Counted from the first letter of the whole stretch, positions 31,888 through 43,500 are shown. The stretch is DNA of 61,553 nucleotides, filler included, from 6 parts of 6 records of this genome joined end to end with filler, not necessarily neighbours in it, one strand, 5' to 3'. Numbers and translations: made by a program. Notes: generated by a model not told the origin, from the letters alone.

Positions 31888-32970
31888 TTAGTTCTTCAGG
31901 CGCTGCTTGAGAAGATTGAGATACTCCTCATTGCTGTCCGCCGGCACCGGTTCTTGAGCCTTGGTGCATGCAGGCGCATAATCCAACGCCATGCCGGCCT
32001 TGACGCAGGCCCCTACCTGCCAGCCCGGAGGCAACGCACTCAGATCGACCGATTGCCATTTCGGGTGCCCGGTCTCGCGCAGCTTATCCATTCTGTTGAG
32101 AACCAGGCTGGAGAAATCCGAAACCGTCGTGCAGCTCTGCCGGTGGTAGGCGTTCTTGCTGGGATCATAGTCATAGGTCATCAGCACCGCCTTGACGGCG
32201 ACCACATCAACCGGCTCGGTCTGAAAGCCATAGGTCCCGGCAGGAATGCTGGCCTTGATATAGGTCGCAAGCAACGGCGCCTCGGTAATCGGCAACAGAT
32301 GGAATTGTGCCGGATCAATTTCGGCATTTGTAAACAGGGAGGCCGGGGCGCCGGCAACGTAGAAGAAGGCATCGATTTCGCCAGCCTGCAATTTCGGGAG
32401 CGCCTGATCCGGATTGAACGGCAGTCGTTCCGCCGCTTTCACCTGAAGAATGTCGAGGATCAGTGAGGCGGTCAGAAAGGTCCCGCTGTCCTTGACGCCG
32501 ATGGCTATCTTTTTGCCTTCAAGATCCTTGAGACTGGCAATGCCCGTGCGCGCGAGAACATGAACTTCCTCGTTGTAGAGCGGGAACATGATGCGCACGC
32601 CGCGCACGGCGTCCTGAACTTCCGCATCATTGGCCTCGAAGGTTTTCAGATATTCCAGCAAATCGCTCTGGACGATGCCGAACTGGGTGTTGCGCCGGTT
32701 CCGCACCCCAACAAAATTCTCCAGAGACCCGGCACTCTCAATCACATTGAGCGTTAATCCGCATTCGCCGCCAAGCGCTGCGATGTCCTTGCCGATACGG
32801 ATATAGGTGCCTGTCGGACCCCCGGTCATGACATTGCGCTCGAACTCGGCCGAATGGCTGGCGCCCGCCACGAGCATCACAGCCGCAACGGCCAGAATCA
32901 GGCCCCGGAACTGGTCTCGAAGCAGGATTGCAAAGGTTCTCAACGGCATTCTCCTTTTGTCAGCAGTCAC
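31888..32970 (-). CDS. TAXI-family TRAP solute-binding protein
   Basis: Signal peptide; TGGPTGTY, SAGSLEN, GIVQSD, PLYNEEVH, SGT motifs. Confidence 0.88.
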   Translation of the reverse strand: MTADKRRMPLRTFAILLRDQFRGLILAVAAVMLVAGASHSAEFERNVMTGGPTGTYIRIGKDIAALGGECGLTLNVIESAGSLENFVGVRNRRNTQFGIVQSDLLEYLKTFEANDAEVQDAVRGVRIMFPLYNEEVHVLARTGIASLKDLEGKKIAIGVKDSGTFLTASLILDILQVKAAERLPFNPDQALPKLQAGEIDAFFYVAGAPASLFTNAEIDPAQFHLLPITEAPLLATYIKASIPAGTYGFQTEPVDVVAVKAVLMTYDYDPSKNAYHRQSCTTVSDFSSLVLNRMDKLRETGHPKWQSVDLSALPPGWQVGACVKAGMALDYAPACTKAQEPVPADSNEEYLNLLKQRLKN

Positions 32971-33997
32971 TGTTCAGATCCCGGATCAGATTGCGCAGCG
33001 TCAGGATGGGAACACGCTCGAACACGGATTTCAGCGCGGTTGTCACGCATTCCCCGGCAACCAGCTTCTCTGTCAGTCCTTGCCGGTCGGCTGCAGACAG
33101 TGTTTCAAGACCCGGCGCGGTGCGCAAGGCTTGCGCCACGGCATCCGGCTTGCGGGCTACAAGTGTTGAATTCTCGACTGAACCCGGTTGTTTCGCTGCA
33201 CCAACCTCAACGCCACCTGCCTCGGTTTCCGGCGCTTTGTCCGCGCGTTTTTCAAGCTTCAGTGCATCCAGCACCTCTTGCGAGGCCGCCAGTTCCTGCT
33301 CGGCATCGGCAAGCCGGGCTTGAAGCTCTGCAATCCGCGTTTCGTCATAGGCACGCCTGTCGGCGGCGACCTTGGCGCGCGCCTTGAGTGCGCCCTGATC
33401 AGCCAACATCATCAAGGTCTTGCGCTTCAACTGGTCGCGCTCCGCTGTCAATTCCGGCAAAACCTCTTTCTGCAGCTGCGCCAGCTCAGCCGCCATTCGC
33501 TCCTCGGCGACGCTCGCAGTCTGCCTGTCGGTTTCACGCTCGGCTTCGAGCGCTGCCAGATCTGCCTTGAGGGTTTGGTTCTCCTCCACCAAGGCATCGC
33601 GTTCTCGGGTCAGGGTTTCAAGAGCTGCGGAACCGGCCTCTGAAATACGGGCCTCGCTGGAACTCGCGGCAAGCTTTTCCACCATCGCATCAAGATCGGC
33701 TGCCTGCCGAGAGAGTTGCGCCTGAAGGTCTTCCACCTGCTTCGAGCTTTCGGCCTGCTTGGCGCGAGCTTCGCTGGCATCCTGCTGGGCTTTCGCCAGC
33801 GCCTCATTCAGCGTCGCGACTTCACTGCTTGCGTCCTCGGTTGCGGCGCCGCTGTCAGGCTGGATGAAGTGCATTGCGGCGTAGCCACCAGCCGCACCAA
33901 TCATCAGGCACAACATCATGGCGATGGCTATCAGCCCGCCACGACCCTTCCTGTCGCCTGATTGAAAACCGCTGTCCCTGCCCCATTGATTGGTCAA
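32960..33997 (-). CDS. Membrane-anchored coiled-coil protein
   Basis: One N-terminal TM (LIAIAMMLCLMIGAAGG) then long heptad repeats; likely TTG start at 33997 after AAGGTGA. Confidence 0.7.
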   Translation of the reverse strand: MTNQWGRDSGFQSGDRKGRGGLIAIAMMLCLMIGAAGGYAAMHFIQPDSGAATEDASSEVATLNEALAKAQQDASEARAKQAESSKQVEDLQAQLSRQAADLDAMVEKLAASSSEARISEAGSAALETLTRERDALVEENQTLKADLAALEAERETDRQTASVAEERMAAELAQLQKEVLPELTAERDQLKRKTLMMLADQGALKARAKVAADRRAYDETRIAELQARLADAEQELAASQEVLDALKLEKRADKAPETEAGGVEVGAAKQPGSVENSTLVARKPDAVAQALRTAPGLETLSAADRQGLTEKLVAGECVTTALKSVFERVPILTLRNLIRDLNSDC

Positions 33998-34279
33998 TTC
34001 ATCACCTTCCGGACGTGTGCTTGCCGAGACGGTTCGCCGGCAAATGTCGTTTGAAGCTGACCCGGATCCGCACAAGACCCACGTCTCTCAAGCCTCCAAA
34101 CTGCTGCCGGTGGACCCGAACGGGGGTAACGCGAAAACCACCGTCAAGCAAGCAAACCGGAGACCTGGGCCCTACCCCATATGCTCATCGCCCGGACAAA
34201 TTGCCAGATGCAGACGTTCCGCCGCAATGCGGCTCGGTAGTTGCGCGTGAAACTTCAACTCCGCGAATCTGCTGTACAA

Positions 34280-34318
34280 ACAGACACGGGGTGGACCATG
34301 GATCCACCCCGTATCTGT
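34280..34318 (-). terminator. Long hairpin, likely terminator of the aminotransferase operon
   Basis: Minus strand ACAGATACGGGGTGGA...TCCACCCCGTGTCTGT, about 30 nt after the stop. Confidence 0.6.
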
Positions 34319-34349
34319 CTTGTCGAAACATCAGCTGGAGGTCTGACGT

Positions 34350-35834
34350 CTATTTCTTGGTCTGGCTGCCGATGAAATCGCGCACGATGCGGACAATGCC
34401 GCGGCCCAGGACGGTGTCGAGTGCCGCGATGAACTGGTCGACATGCTCGCGACCGCAGATCAATGGCGGCTCCAGCCGGATGACGTTGCGATTGTACTCG
34501 GTGAAGGCCACCAGCACATCGTGATCACGGAGCAGTTCGGCGCCGACAAAGCCTGACAGCGAGCCCTTGAGCTTGTCATCGAGCAGCGCCACCATCGGCC
34601 TGAGCAGCGCCGGCAGGGTCTGGCTGAAGTCCTGGAACTCCAGGCCCACCATGAAGCCGCTGCCGCGCACATCCTTGATGATCTGCGGATACTTGGCCTT
34701 GAGCTCGTGGAGACGCTCGATCAGGTAGGACCCGACCCGGTCGGCATTGCCGATCAGATCCTCGTCATACATGACATTGAGGCCTTCAATTGCTGTGACG
34801 CAGGCCTCGCCGATGCCGCCAAAGGTTGCCTGCGCGTGGATCATCGCAGTCTTGGGCGTGCCATAGGCCTTCATGTAGACCTTGCGCGACGCGATCATCG
34901 CGGCCATTGCCGTCTTGCCACCGCCGAGCGATTTCGCAAGCGCCGTCACATCCGGCACGACGCCGGCTTTCTCGAAGGCGAAGAAGTAGCCCGAACGGCC
35001 CATGCCGCATTGCACTTCGTCGGCAATCCACAACACGCCATGCTTGTCGCACAACGTCCGCAGCTGCTGCCAGAACTCGACCGGCGCCTCGATGATGCCG
35101 CCGCCGCCCTGGATCGTCTCCAGCACGATGACGCCAATTTCCGGATCAGCCTCGAAGGCATTGCGGATCGCATCGATATCGCCGAACGGAACCTTGACCG
35201 TGTTGCCGGTCAGCGCAAATTCGCCGCGGTAGAGCTCCGAATCCGTCAGCGACAGCACGCCCTTGGTCTTGCCGTGAAACGAATTGGCCGCGTAGACGAT
35301 TTTCGGCCGCTTTGGCCCCGCAGCGCGTTCGGCCACCTTGATCGCAGCTTCCATGGCTTCCGACCCGGATGAGCCGAGGAACACCATGTCGAGATCACCC
35401 GGCGCGATTGCCGCGAGGTTCTTGGCCAGCGCCGAAGCGTACTGGCTCATGAAGGCGATCGCGATCTCGTGACGGTCTTCGTCCTGAAAGGCTTTGCGCG
35501 CCTCGATGATGCGCGGGTGGTTGTGTCCCAGCGCCAGTGATCCGAAACCGCCAAAGAAATCGAGGATCTTCCGACCGTTCTGATCGGTGTAATACATCCC
35601 CGACGCGGTTTCGATCTTGATCTTGTGGAAGCCCAGAAGCTTCATGAAATGCAACTGGCCGGGATTGATGTGATCCTTGAACAGCTCAGTCATTTGAGCA
35701 ACCGACATGGCCTTTGCATCGGCGACAGTCAGCAATTCGGGGCGTTGGCCACGGCCGTTCACTGGCTCAGCCCCAGTGTGCGTGTCGGACAGCGGCGGAG
35801 CGTCAACTGTGACGCGGGTCGGAGTATCAAGCAT
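34350..35834 (-). CDS. Class III PLP aminotransferase
   Basis: LGHNHP, SGSEAMEAAIK, SFHGKT, WIADEVQCGMGR, PLP lysine in ALAKSLGGG; start MLDTP after GAGGGAG. Confidence 0.92.
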   Translation of the reverse strand: MLDTPTRVTVDAPPLSDTHTGAEPVNGRGQRPELLTVADAKAMSVAQMTELFKDHINPGQLHFMKLLGFHKIKIETASGMYYTDQNGRKILDFFGGFGSLALGHNHPRIIEARKAFQDEDRHEIAIAFMSQYASALAKNLAAIAPGDLDMVFLGSSGSEAMEAAIKVAERAAGPKRPKIVYAANSFHGKTKGVLSLTDSELYRGEFALTGNTVKVPFGDIDAIRNAFEADPEIGVIVLETIQGGGGIIEAPVEFWQQLRTLCDKHGVLWIADEVQCGMGRSGYFFAFEKAGVVPDVTALAKSLGGGKTAMAAMIASRKVYMKAYGTPKTAMIHAQATFGGIGEACVTAIEGLNVMYDEDLIGNADRVGSYLIERLHELKAKYPQIIKDVRGSGFMVGLEFQDFSQTLPALLRPMVALLDDKLKGSLSGFVGAELLRDHDVLVAFTEYNRNVIRLEPPLICGREHVDQFIAALDTVLGRGIVRIVRDFIGSQTKK

Positions 35835-35856
35835 TGGTGGGCTCCCTCGGAACGAT

Positions 35857-36870
35857 TCATTCGGCCGGTGCAACCTGTGCCGCAGCAGACGATCCGCTGC
35901 GCGCCTTGGCTGCGCGATATTCATCATAGGCGGCGATCAACATGTCTTCATCGCGGTACTGCGGCACCCAGTTGAGCTGGCGCTCACCCTTGGACACATC
36001 GAGCACGCAATTTTCGTCAGCGATCAGATACTGCTCCGGATCCATGATCGGCATGTTGATCAGGTCGAACAGATCAAGCGTTCGCTTGACCGCCCAGCCC
36101 GGTGTCGGGATCAGCAACGATTTCGACCCGGCATGCTTGACCAGATCGCCGAGCAACTTGCGCACTGGTGGCGGGTTGATCGAGCCGAGATTGTAGGCTT
36201 CGTTCGGCACACCGGCCTTCCAGGCCAGACGCGCGGCTTCGGCACAATCAAACACCGAGATGAACTGGTACGGGTTCTTGCCCGACCCGATCATCGGCAC
36301 CGGAAGACTGGCGTCGATCAGCTTGAACAGTTTTTCCAGGATTCCGAGACGGCCCGGTCCGATAATCAGGCGCGGCCGGAACAGTGAGATCGACATGCCC
36401 TTTGTCCGCCACTCAGCAGCAAGAACCTCGGTGTCGAGCTTCGACTGGCCATATTCGCCCAGAGGCGCGACAGGATGCTCTTCGGTCATCGGGAAGGTCA
36501 GCGTGTGGCCGTAGATCATGTCAGTGGTAAAGTGGACCAGCTGATCAGCACCCGCCTTGTCCATCGCCTCGATGATGTTCTTGGTCCCGTGGTAATTGAC
36601 CGGATAGAAGAAATCGTGACGCTTGGCACGAACCTGCAGCGGTGAAAGCATCTTCGCTGACAGATTGTAGACCATGTCACCTGCCGCGATCGGCACCCGG
36701 GCAACCAGGTCGGGCCGTGTCACGTCGCAATGGACAATCGTCGCATCCCTGTAAAATGCCTTGTTGTCATTGACGATGTCCGCAACCACAACCTCCTCGC
36801 CATCTGCGAGAAGTTTTTGGGCAAGATGGCGACCGACAAAGCCGTCGCCTCCGAAAAGAATGTGTTTCAT
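35857..36870 (-). CDS. NAD-dependent epimerase/dehydratase (extended SDR)
   Basis: GGDGFVG Rossmann motif; YGQSK catalytic motif. Confidence 0.92.
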   Translation of the reverse strand: MKHILFGGDGFVGRHLAQKLLADGEEVVVADIVNDNKAFYRDATIVHCDVTRPDLVARVPIAAGDMVYNLSAKMLSPLQVRAKRHDFFYPVNYHGTKNIIEAMDKAGADQLVHFTTDMIYGHTLTFPMTEEHPVAPLGEYGQSKLDTEVLAAEWRTKGMSISLFRPRLIIGPGRLGILEKLFKLIDASLPVPMIGSGKNPYQFISVFDCAEAARLAWKAGVPNEAYNLGSINPPPVRKLLGDLVKHAGSKSLLIPTPGWAVKRTLDLFDLINMPIMDPEQYLIADENCVLDVSKGERQLNWVPQYRDEDMLIAAYDEYRAAKARSGSSAAAQVAPAE

Positions 36871-37313
36871 CGGGAAATCTCGTTCGTTGCTATGTCGATT
36901 TTCGTGAGTTGCGCAGTTTCCTGCCCGACAGTTGCGTCACTGTCGCGGCCGGATTGGGCAATGAGAACCGTGCCCACGCAAATGAAGGCGATGCCGGCAA
37001 TCCGCCAACTGTTGAGGTCTTCCTTGAACAGCACGTAGGCAAATATCGCCACCGCCACATAAGCAAGGCTCAGGAACGGATAGGCAAACGACAATTCAAC
37101 CTTCGACAGCACATACAAATGCGATGCCATTGAAATGACAAATGTTGCCAGACCGGCAAAAACCCAAGGGTTGAAAAGAATCTGGAAGATCCGTGCGATC
37201 ATGGTATCGGCGGTGAAAGACACCGGTCCCAGCGATATCATGCCCTGCTTGAGCATCAGCTGCGCTGCTGCATTGGTCAGCACAGTGAAAAGAATAAAGA
37301 CTATATATTTCAT
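36867..37313 (-). CDS. Small DMT/EamA transporter (ArnE/ArnF-like)
   Basis: 4 TM; AQLMLKQG, LSKVELSFAYPFLSL; ATGA overlap with the SDR gene. Confidence 0.8.
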   Translation of the reverse strand: MKYIVFILFTVLTNAAAQLMLKQGMISLGPVSFTADTMIARIFQILFNPWVFAGLATFVISMASHLYVLSKVELSFAYPFLSLAYVAVAIFAYVLFKEDLNSWRIAGIAFICVGTVLIAQSGRDSDATVGQETAQLTKIDIATNEISR

Positions 37314-37463
37314 GTCCCGCTCCCAATTAGGATCGAGACAGCTCTAGTCTTATTTCCCAAACATCGGGTTCATGGGCGCGGTCAATTTTTACTTAAATTG
37401 TATCTTTTCCCGAAATGAAGCGTTTCATACCAAGTCTCGGGTGATAGGAACCGAGATTTGGTT

Positions 37464-38408
37464 TTACCGGCTCAGGACGAACTCCAGCGTCTGCTTCCAG
37501 TCGGTCATGCGCATGGGCGTACCGTGGGAGCCCGTGTCAAACAGCACGAACTGCGCCGGATAGTCTTTTGCGCTTTGCTGAATCCGGTCAAACACCGATT
37601 TCTGATCCTGCCAATCATAAACCTCGTCATAGCTTCCGTGGGTGAAGACCATTGGTGTCTTGGCCTTTACCGCAGCACTCTTGGCGATCCCCATATCAGG
37701 AGCCCCGCCGAGCAGGACCAGTCCCGCAAGCCGCGGCACGACCGCCGGATCATTGGCGAGCTTCGAGCAGATGATCGACCCCATGGAAGCACAGGCCAGC
37801 ACCACCGGCGCTCGTCCGGCCAGTATCAGCGCCTTTACATCATTCGCCCCGGCAGCATCAAAACTCTCAATCGACGGCGACAGATAGGCTCCACCGTTGA
37901 GCACCATCAGGTTTTTCAGCCGGTTGAAGTTTCCACCGAACGTGTAATCGTTCATGCCCAGCCGCTGGTCGCCGCCCCGGCCATGCACGAAGATCACCGC
38001 AAACCGGGCTTTGGGATAATCCCCCGCAACGCCGGTTTCGATTGCTCTGCCGTTGGCCTTGTGCAGGGCAAGCCTGCTTTGCTTTTTCACACCCAGTGAC
38101 AGATATTTCTGTTGCACTCGTCGTTCCGGCTCGATGTCACGACGGTGAATATCCCGCATCTTGTCATAGTCGACGATGATGAAGGTGCCCCCCTCGGAAA
38201 CCGACAAAATGCCAGGATAGGCAAAGAGACGATCCTTTTGTCCCTTGAGTTCCAAAGCGGACGCAGGAGAAAAGGAGTTGATGTTGATCATCAGGACAAG
38301 GAATATCGCCCAATGAACGGCAAGAACGCCGCGCAAAGCTGAAAACCAAATGCTACATAGTCGATTGAAAGAACGGATTCTGGCACACTCCGGCTGATTC
38401 GTTTTCAC
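37464..38408 (-). CDS. Exported alpha/beta-hydrolase (phospholipase/carboxylesterase-like)
   Basis: FVHGRGG, nucleophile CASMG, HGSYD, GSHG; true start probably downstream of 38408. Confidence 0.7.
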   Translation of the reverse strand: MKTNQPECARIRSFNRLCSIWFSALRGVLAVHWAIFLVLMININSFSPASALELKGQKDRLFAYPGILSVSEGGTFIIVDYDKMRDIHRRDIEPERRVQQKYLSLGVKKQSRLALHKANGRAIETGVAGDYPKARFAVIFVHGRGGDQRLGMNDYTFGGNFNRLKNLMVLNGGAYLSPSIESFDAAGANDVKALILAGRAPVVLACASMGSIICSKLANDPAVVPRLAGLVLLGGAPDMGIAKSAAVKAKTPMVFTHGSYDEVYDWQDQKSVFDRIQQSAKDYPAQFVLFDTGSHGTPMRMTDWKQTLEFVLSR

Positions 38409-38433
38409 AATCTACATCAGGCATCACGGCAAT

Positions 38434-40105
38434 ATGGACGATTCCAACGATCTTTTTTCTGCAAATGGCGCGCCTGTGGCAACACCCGCGCCAAAACCGG
38501 AAAACACCACACACAAACAACCGGCCCCTGCCGCTGCAAAACCGGCGCGCCCTACCGCGTCGAAAGCCGGGGCCCCTGCCAGTGGTGACGATTATGATGC
38601 TTCGACGATCGAGGTTCTTGAAGGCCTCGAGCCGGTCCGCCGCCGACCGGGCATGTATATTGGCGGAACCGACGAACGTGCCCTGCACCATCTGTTTGCC
38701 GAAGTCATCGATAACTCGATGGACGAAGCCGTAGCCGGACATGCCAATTTCATCGAGGTAGAGCTCGACACCGAAGGCTACCTCTCCGTCACCGACAACG
38801 GTCGCGGCATCCCGGTCGAAAACCATCCCAAGTTTCCCGGAAAATCCACGCTCGAAGTGATCATGACGGTGCTGCATGCCGGTGGTAAATTTGACAGCAA
38901 GGTCTATGAAACCTCGGGTGGTCTGCACGGGGTTGGCGTGTCCGTGGTCAACGCCTTGTCTGACGACCTTGTGGTCGAGATCGCGCGCAACAAGAAGCTC
39001 TACCGGCAAACCTTTTCCCGCGGCATCCCGCAAGGTGGCCTTGAAGAACTGGGCGACATTCACAACCGGCGCGGCACCAAGGTCCGCTTTCATCCCGATC
39101 CGGAGATCTTCGGAGCCGGGGCGCGGTTCGATCCCGGTAGACTGTACCGTATGGCCCGTTCCAAGGCCTACCTGTTTGGTGGCGTCGAGATCCGCTGGGT
39201 CTGCGCTCCGTCGCTGGTCGAGGGAACTGAAACACCGGAAAAGGCCGTGCTGCATTACCCCGGCGGCCTCAAGGACTATCTCGAGGCATCGCTTGGCAAG
39301 GACCATCGCGTCAACCGCGACATCTTTGCCGGCAAGACCGAACGAACCGGCGGCCACGGCGCGCTGGAATGGGCGATAACCTGGTATGGCGGCGACTCGT
39401 CGATCAGCTCCTACTGCAACACCATCCCAACGCCTGATGGCGGCACCCATGAAGCCGGTCTCAGGATCGCGCTCACCAAGGGCCTGAAAGCCTATGCCGA
39501 ACTCACCGGCAATAAACGTGCTGCCGCGATCACCACTGACGATGTGATGATCTCGTCCATCGGCATGCTGTCGGTGTTCATCCGCGAGCCGGAATTCGTC
39601 GGCCAGACCAAGGACAAGCTGGCAACCGTCGAAGCCCAGCGAATTGTCGAGAACGCGCTGCGCGATCCATTCGACCACTTCCTCGCAGACTCTCCGGCTG
39701 AAGCCGACAAGCTGCTCGAATGGGTGATCGACCGCGCCGACGAGCGGGTCCGCCGCCGCAAGGAAAAGGAAGTCAACCGCAAGACCGCGGTGCGCAAACT
39801 GCGGCTTCCGGGAAAACTGTCCGATTGCAGCCAGACCACCGCTGCCGGGGCTGAACTGTTCATCGTCGAGGGCGATTCCGCTGGCGGCTCGGCCAAACAG
39901 GCACGCAACCGCTCCAATCAGGCGATATTGCCGCTGCGCGGCAAGATCCTCAACGTCGCAAGCGCCGGCCGCGAAAAACTCGGCGCCAACCAGCAGATCG
40001 CCGATCTGGTGCAGGCACTGGGCTGTGGCACAAGGTCAAAATACCGCGACGAGGACCTTCGCTACGAACGCATCATCATCATGACCGATGCCGACGTCGA
40101 TGGCG
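38434..40105 (+). CDS. parE: DNA topoisomerase IV subunit B, 3'-truncated
   Basis: LEPVRRRPGMYIG, EVIDNSMDEA, SGGLHGVG, EGDSAGGSAKQAR, PLRGKILN, IMTDADVDG; the EPVR/SMDE/QAR variants favour ParE over GyrB. Confidence 0.92.
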
Positions 40106-40205
40106 NNNNNNNNNNNNNNNNNNNNNNNNNNNNNNNNNNNNNNNNNNNNTTAATTAATTAANNNNNNNNNNNNNNNNNNNNNNNNNNNNNNNNNNNNNNN
40201 NNNNN
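40106..40205. other. Artificial contig linker 3
   Basis: N44-TTAATTAATTAA-N44. Confidence 0.98.
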
Positions 40206-40518
40206 TTTTTTCATTTTTTTATTTCTTTTTTTTTTCTTTGTCTTCGTCGCTTTTCTTGTGGGGCAAAGTGATCCCTCTCCCGCACTCGTGCGGACGCCAC
40301 CACTGGCTGGCCTCTCGGGTCGAAATGTTGCTGCAGAAGCAGGCCACGGCCCTAGTGGATCGCTTCGACCCTTTTTCTTCTGGAAACAACAGTTGGGCAG
40401 AATCGGAATCGGTGGCAACGGCAATGGGGTGCGTGTGAATCCGCACTTCATTGCCGAAAGCGAGGGTCGGCAGCAACACGTCCAAAAACAACAAAAACAA
40501 AAAACAAAAAAAACGATA

Positions 40519-43500
40519 ATGGCGCATGTTGTTGCGGGCGAGCCAATGCAAGGCACTTACGCGACGCTGCACTCGTTCGTCAGCGGACTCAACTTGGGCA
40601 AGACCGAGGCTGTGATGGAGCAGTTTGAGGAGCACGGCATCGATTGTCTCGAGGATCTAGAGGCGGCCGCGCAGAACCACGGTTCCTCGCTCGATCAAAC
40701 ACCCGGCGGAAGCAAGGCAATTGGGGCAGAGCCTGTCTCGGCAGCTGCCTTTGCGGCGAAGCTGGGCGTCACTCGAACGCACGCGCGAAAGATTCTGCGG
40801 GCGCTGGACAAGCGCCGTCAGCTGCGTGACGCTGTGGAGACGACGGGCTTGCCGGAGCCGGGGAGCTTGCTGATTTCGCTGAGTGGTGCGCAGATCCATA
40901 CGCTGGATGCCGTGGCGAATCAGACCGTCAACGATGTTGCCAAGGCAAGTGGCCTGACGAAGACGCAGTGCCGCAAGATTCGAAAAGCATGCGTTGCCTT
41001 GCTTGAAGACGAAATGACGCATGGAAATACACAGAATGGGACGAGTGCAATGAGTGGTGGTGTTGACAGTGCGGTGCCGTCTCCGTTGCTGGGCACAGCC
41101 GCCCATGCGAAAGTACCAATAACCGCCGATGATACGCCTTTGTTACACTTGGCTTTAGACAACAGCGAAGGTGCCAGCCCTTCCGGAATTCTGCTATCGC
41201 CGGGCGAACCGGCTGGTACCCCAACAGCGAGCGTTTCCGCTGCTGGGACGCCATCCATTCTGCGCCGGCTCTCTGAAGTGATGCCTCCCAATGCGGGCTT
41301 GGCGCTCGAGACTGCAATTGCATCCCCCTCCATTACTGGACTGCCCAAGAGTTTTGCCAACGATAGTTTACCCATTGCTTCAGATGCTAACCCAACCCTG
41401 CTGACGGGTGCAGCCAAAACGGACGCAGCAGGCATCCGCATTGGTGCAATACATCAAGAGAGTGGAAGTGACGACGATGGTGGTCGCGATACGCCGAGCG
41501 AGGGGAAGGTTCACGAGGTAGGGGGGCGTGTGGACGACGCCTCCTCCGTGAGAAGGGAAACGTTTACCCCACAGGACCCTTCCCCGGGTCCAGTGTCCAA
41601 ACCAAACCCTTTTCTTTTGCAGATGCGTGTTGGCCCACAGAAGAAAAAGCGCAAAAAAAAAAAGACTCCAAAGCGAGCAACCAAAGACGCGGTGGTAAAA
41701 GTTGTGGCCCTCAACGCTTTTGCAGAAGGGGCCCGTCCTGCAGATCCGCCAGTGACAACACTCGAATTACAGCGCAATGTGCCAGAGGCATTGGGTAATG
41801 ATGCTGCTGAAAGTGCAGTGTTGAACAATGAATCACTTGAGCAGGCACCTGAAACTGAGAATCGCTCCATTGATAGCGGTATTGGTGCTAATCGGGTGGA
41901 AGTTGCCAACGCAGACGCGCTGGACAGTGACCGTGTGGCATCTCGAGCCGGCGAGAATTTGCTTGAAGTTTCGGGTGCCGCGCCCACACGTATAGAGCGA
42001 ATTGCTCCTCTGCTCACAACGCCTGCAAAAGAAGCTGAAGCTGTAGCGAAGGCAGAATCGGCTTTCGCCAAAGCAAGGCGTATTCGCAACCGCAAAGCGC
42101 GGCAAGTCGCTGCTGCGCGGAAAAAGCGCGCCCAATCCGGAGCGGGGCCGCACCAGGCTGCTGCATCATCGTCTGGAACCATCGACGTGACGAGCCGTTC
42201 TTTCTCGTTAGCAACTGATACTGGATCAGTGACAAGGCCCGGGGAGCTGGACCTGCCCAAGCAGTCGGTTGATTCGACTGTTTCCGGAATTCCTGTGCAC
42301 GCCGGTGACAGTGCCAGTGGCGCCCCTGGATTACACACTGGTCAAGGTTCGTCGACAAATACCACGCCAATGTCGAAGCACGAGCAATCGGACAGTCCGA
42401 GAGGCACATTTTCATCGCTGCCCTCTCTGGCATTGGGTATGGAAATGCCCTCGGAGGCGTCCTCGGAAAGGGAATCGTCACCCCTCTCGCCACAATCCAA
42501 AGCCATGAAGCGTGATCTCGCAATTTCAGAGGCCAGGCGCATGAGTCAGCTTCGAAACAATGCAGTACACTCCAAGCGAGAGTCAGAGAGCGGGTCTGGG
42601 GTTTTCACACTTGGCCCGGAAGATCAAACAGCGCACCCCACCCGCCGAATCCCAGAGCCCACCAAGGTGCACATTGCTTGCGTCGGCTTCGTGTGTTGTT
42701 ACAAGCGTAGTTTTGTCGCTCATTACAGGCTTCGAGTTGTGCGTGTGTTTAACAACACAAATGTGTGGTTGTTGGTTATTCGCCCCAGGCTGCACTGGCG
42801 ATGCTGACGTCGGGATCTGACACTGACACGGACCTAGAAGGTGCGACAGTGCCTAAAAGTCCGGTCGACGATTATCTCAACGACGCTCTGGGCCAATCTC
42901 CTGGACACTGTAACAGTTCTGGCCATGACCCTGTGCACCGCGGCTTCAAGTTTTCGGGGCCACTCGACGATTCAGCCCCGAGCGAAGAGGAGAAAGATAT
43001 AGCATCTGGCGACGATAGCGAAAGCGCTCGCTTGAGCGAACCCAGCTCTATGTCGCGGCGATCACCGGGAAGGGGCCCAAGGCCATCTGTGCTAGCACGG
43101 TGTGTTTGGAATGCAGCTGGGTTTGGAGCATGCGATGCCCACGGCCGTGGTGCCGCTGAATGTTGTCCAGGTTGCATTTTACTCATCGACTAACCGCTTG
43201 ATTCGGTGCACAGATACGACCCAGCTGCAGCAGCCGATGATGGTTCCTTGGTTCGTCGCGGCCATCGTTCATCATTCCCAGAAGTAGGTGTCGTTGCAGC
43301 TGCACTCAAGAAATTCATGGCGAACAAGAAGGCCAACAAGCATTTGCTGGTGCCCAAGAAGCGCACTTCGGTAAAAAAGCGAAGTGGACACGCATCTCCT
43401 CGAAATTACAAGGGGCAATCGCCCGTAGTGGCTGCAACTGAGGCCGCCGTGGCTGCCGAGCAGGGCACAAGTTCCAGTATGCCGAGGGATGAGGACGAGC

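Noticed and set aside
38353-39678. 441-aa minus-strand ORF
   Set aside because: Antisense shadow of parE
40258-40518. N-terminal extension of the 849-aa ORF
   Set aside because: Begins at GTG in a eukaryotic contig and crosses an A-rich UTR-like tract; the first ATG (40519) is more plausible
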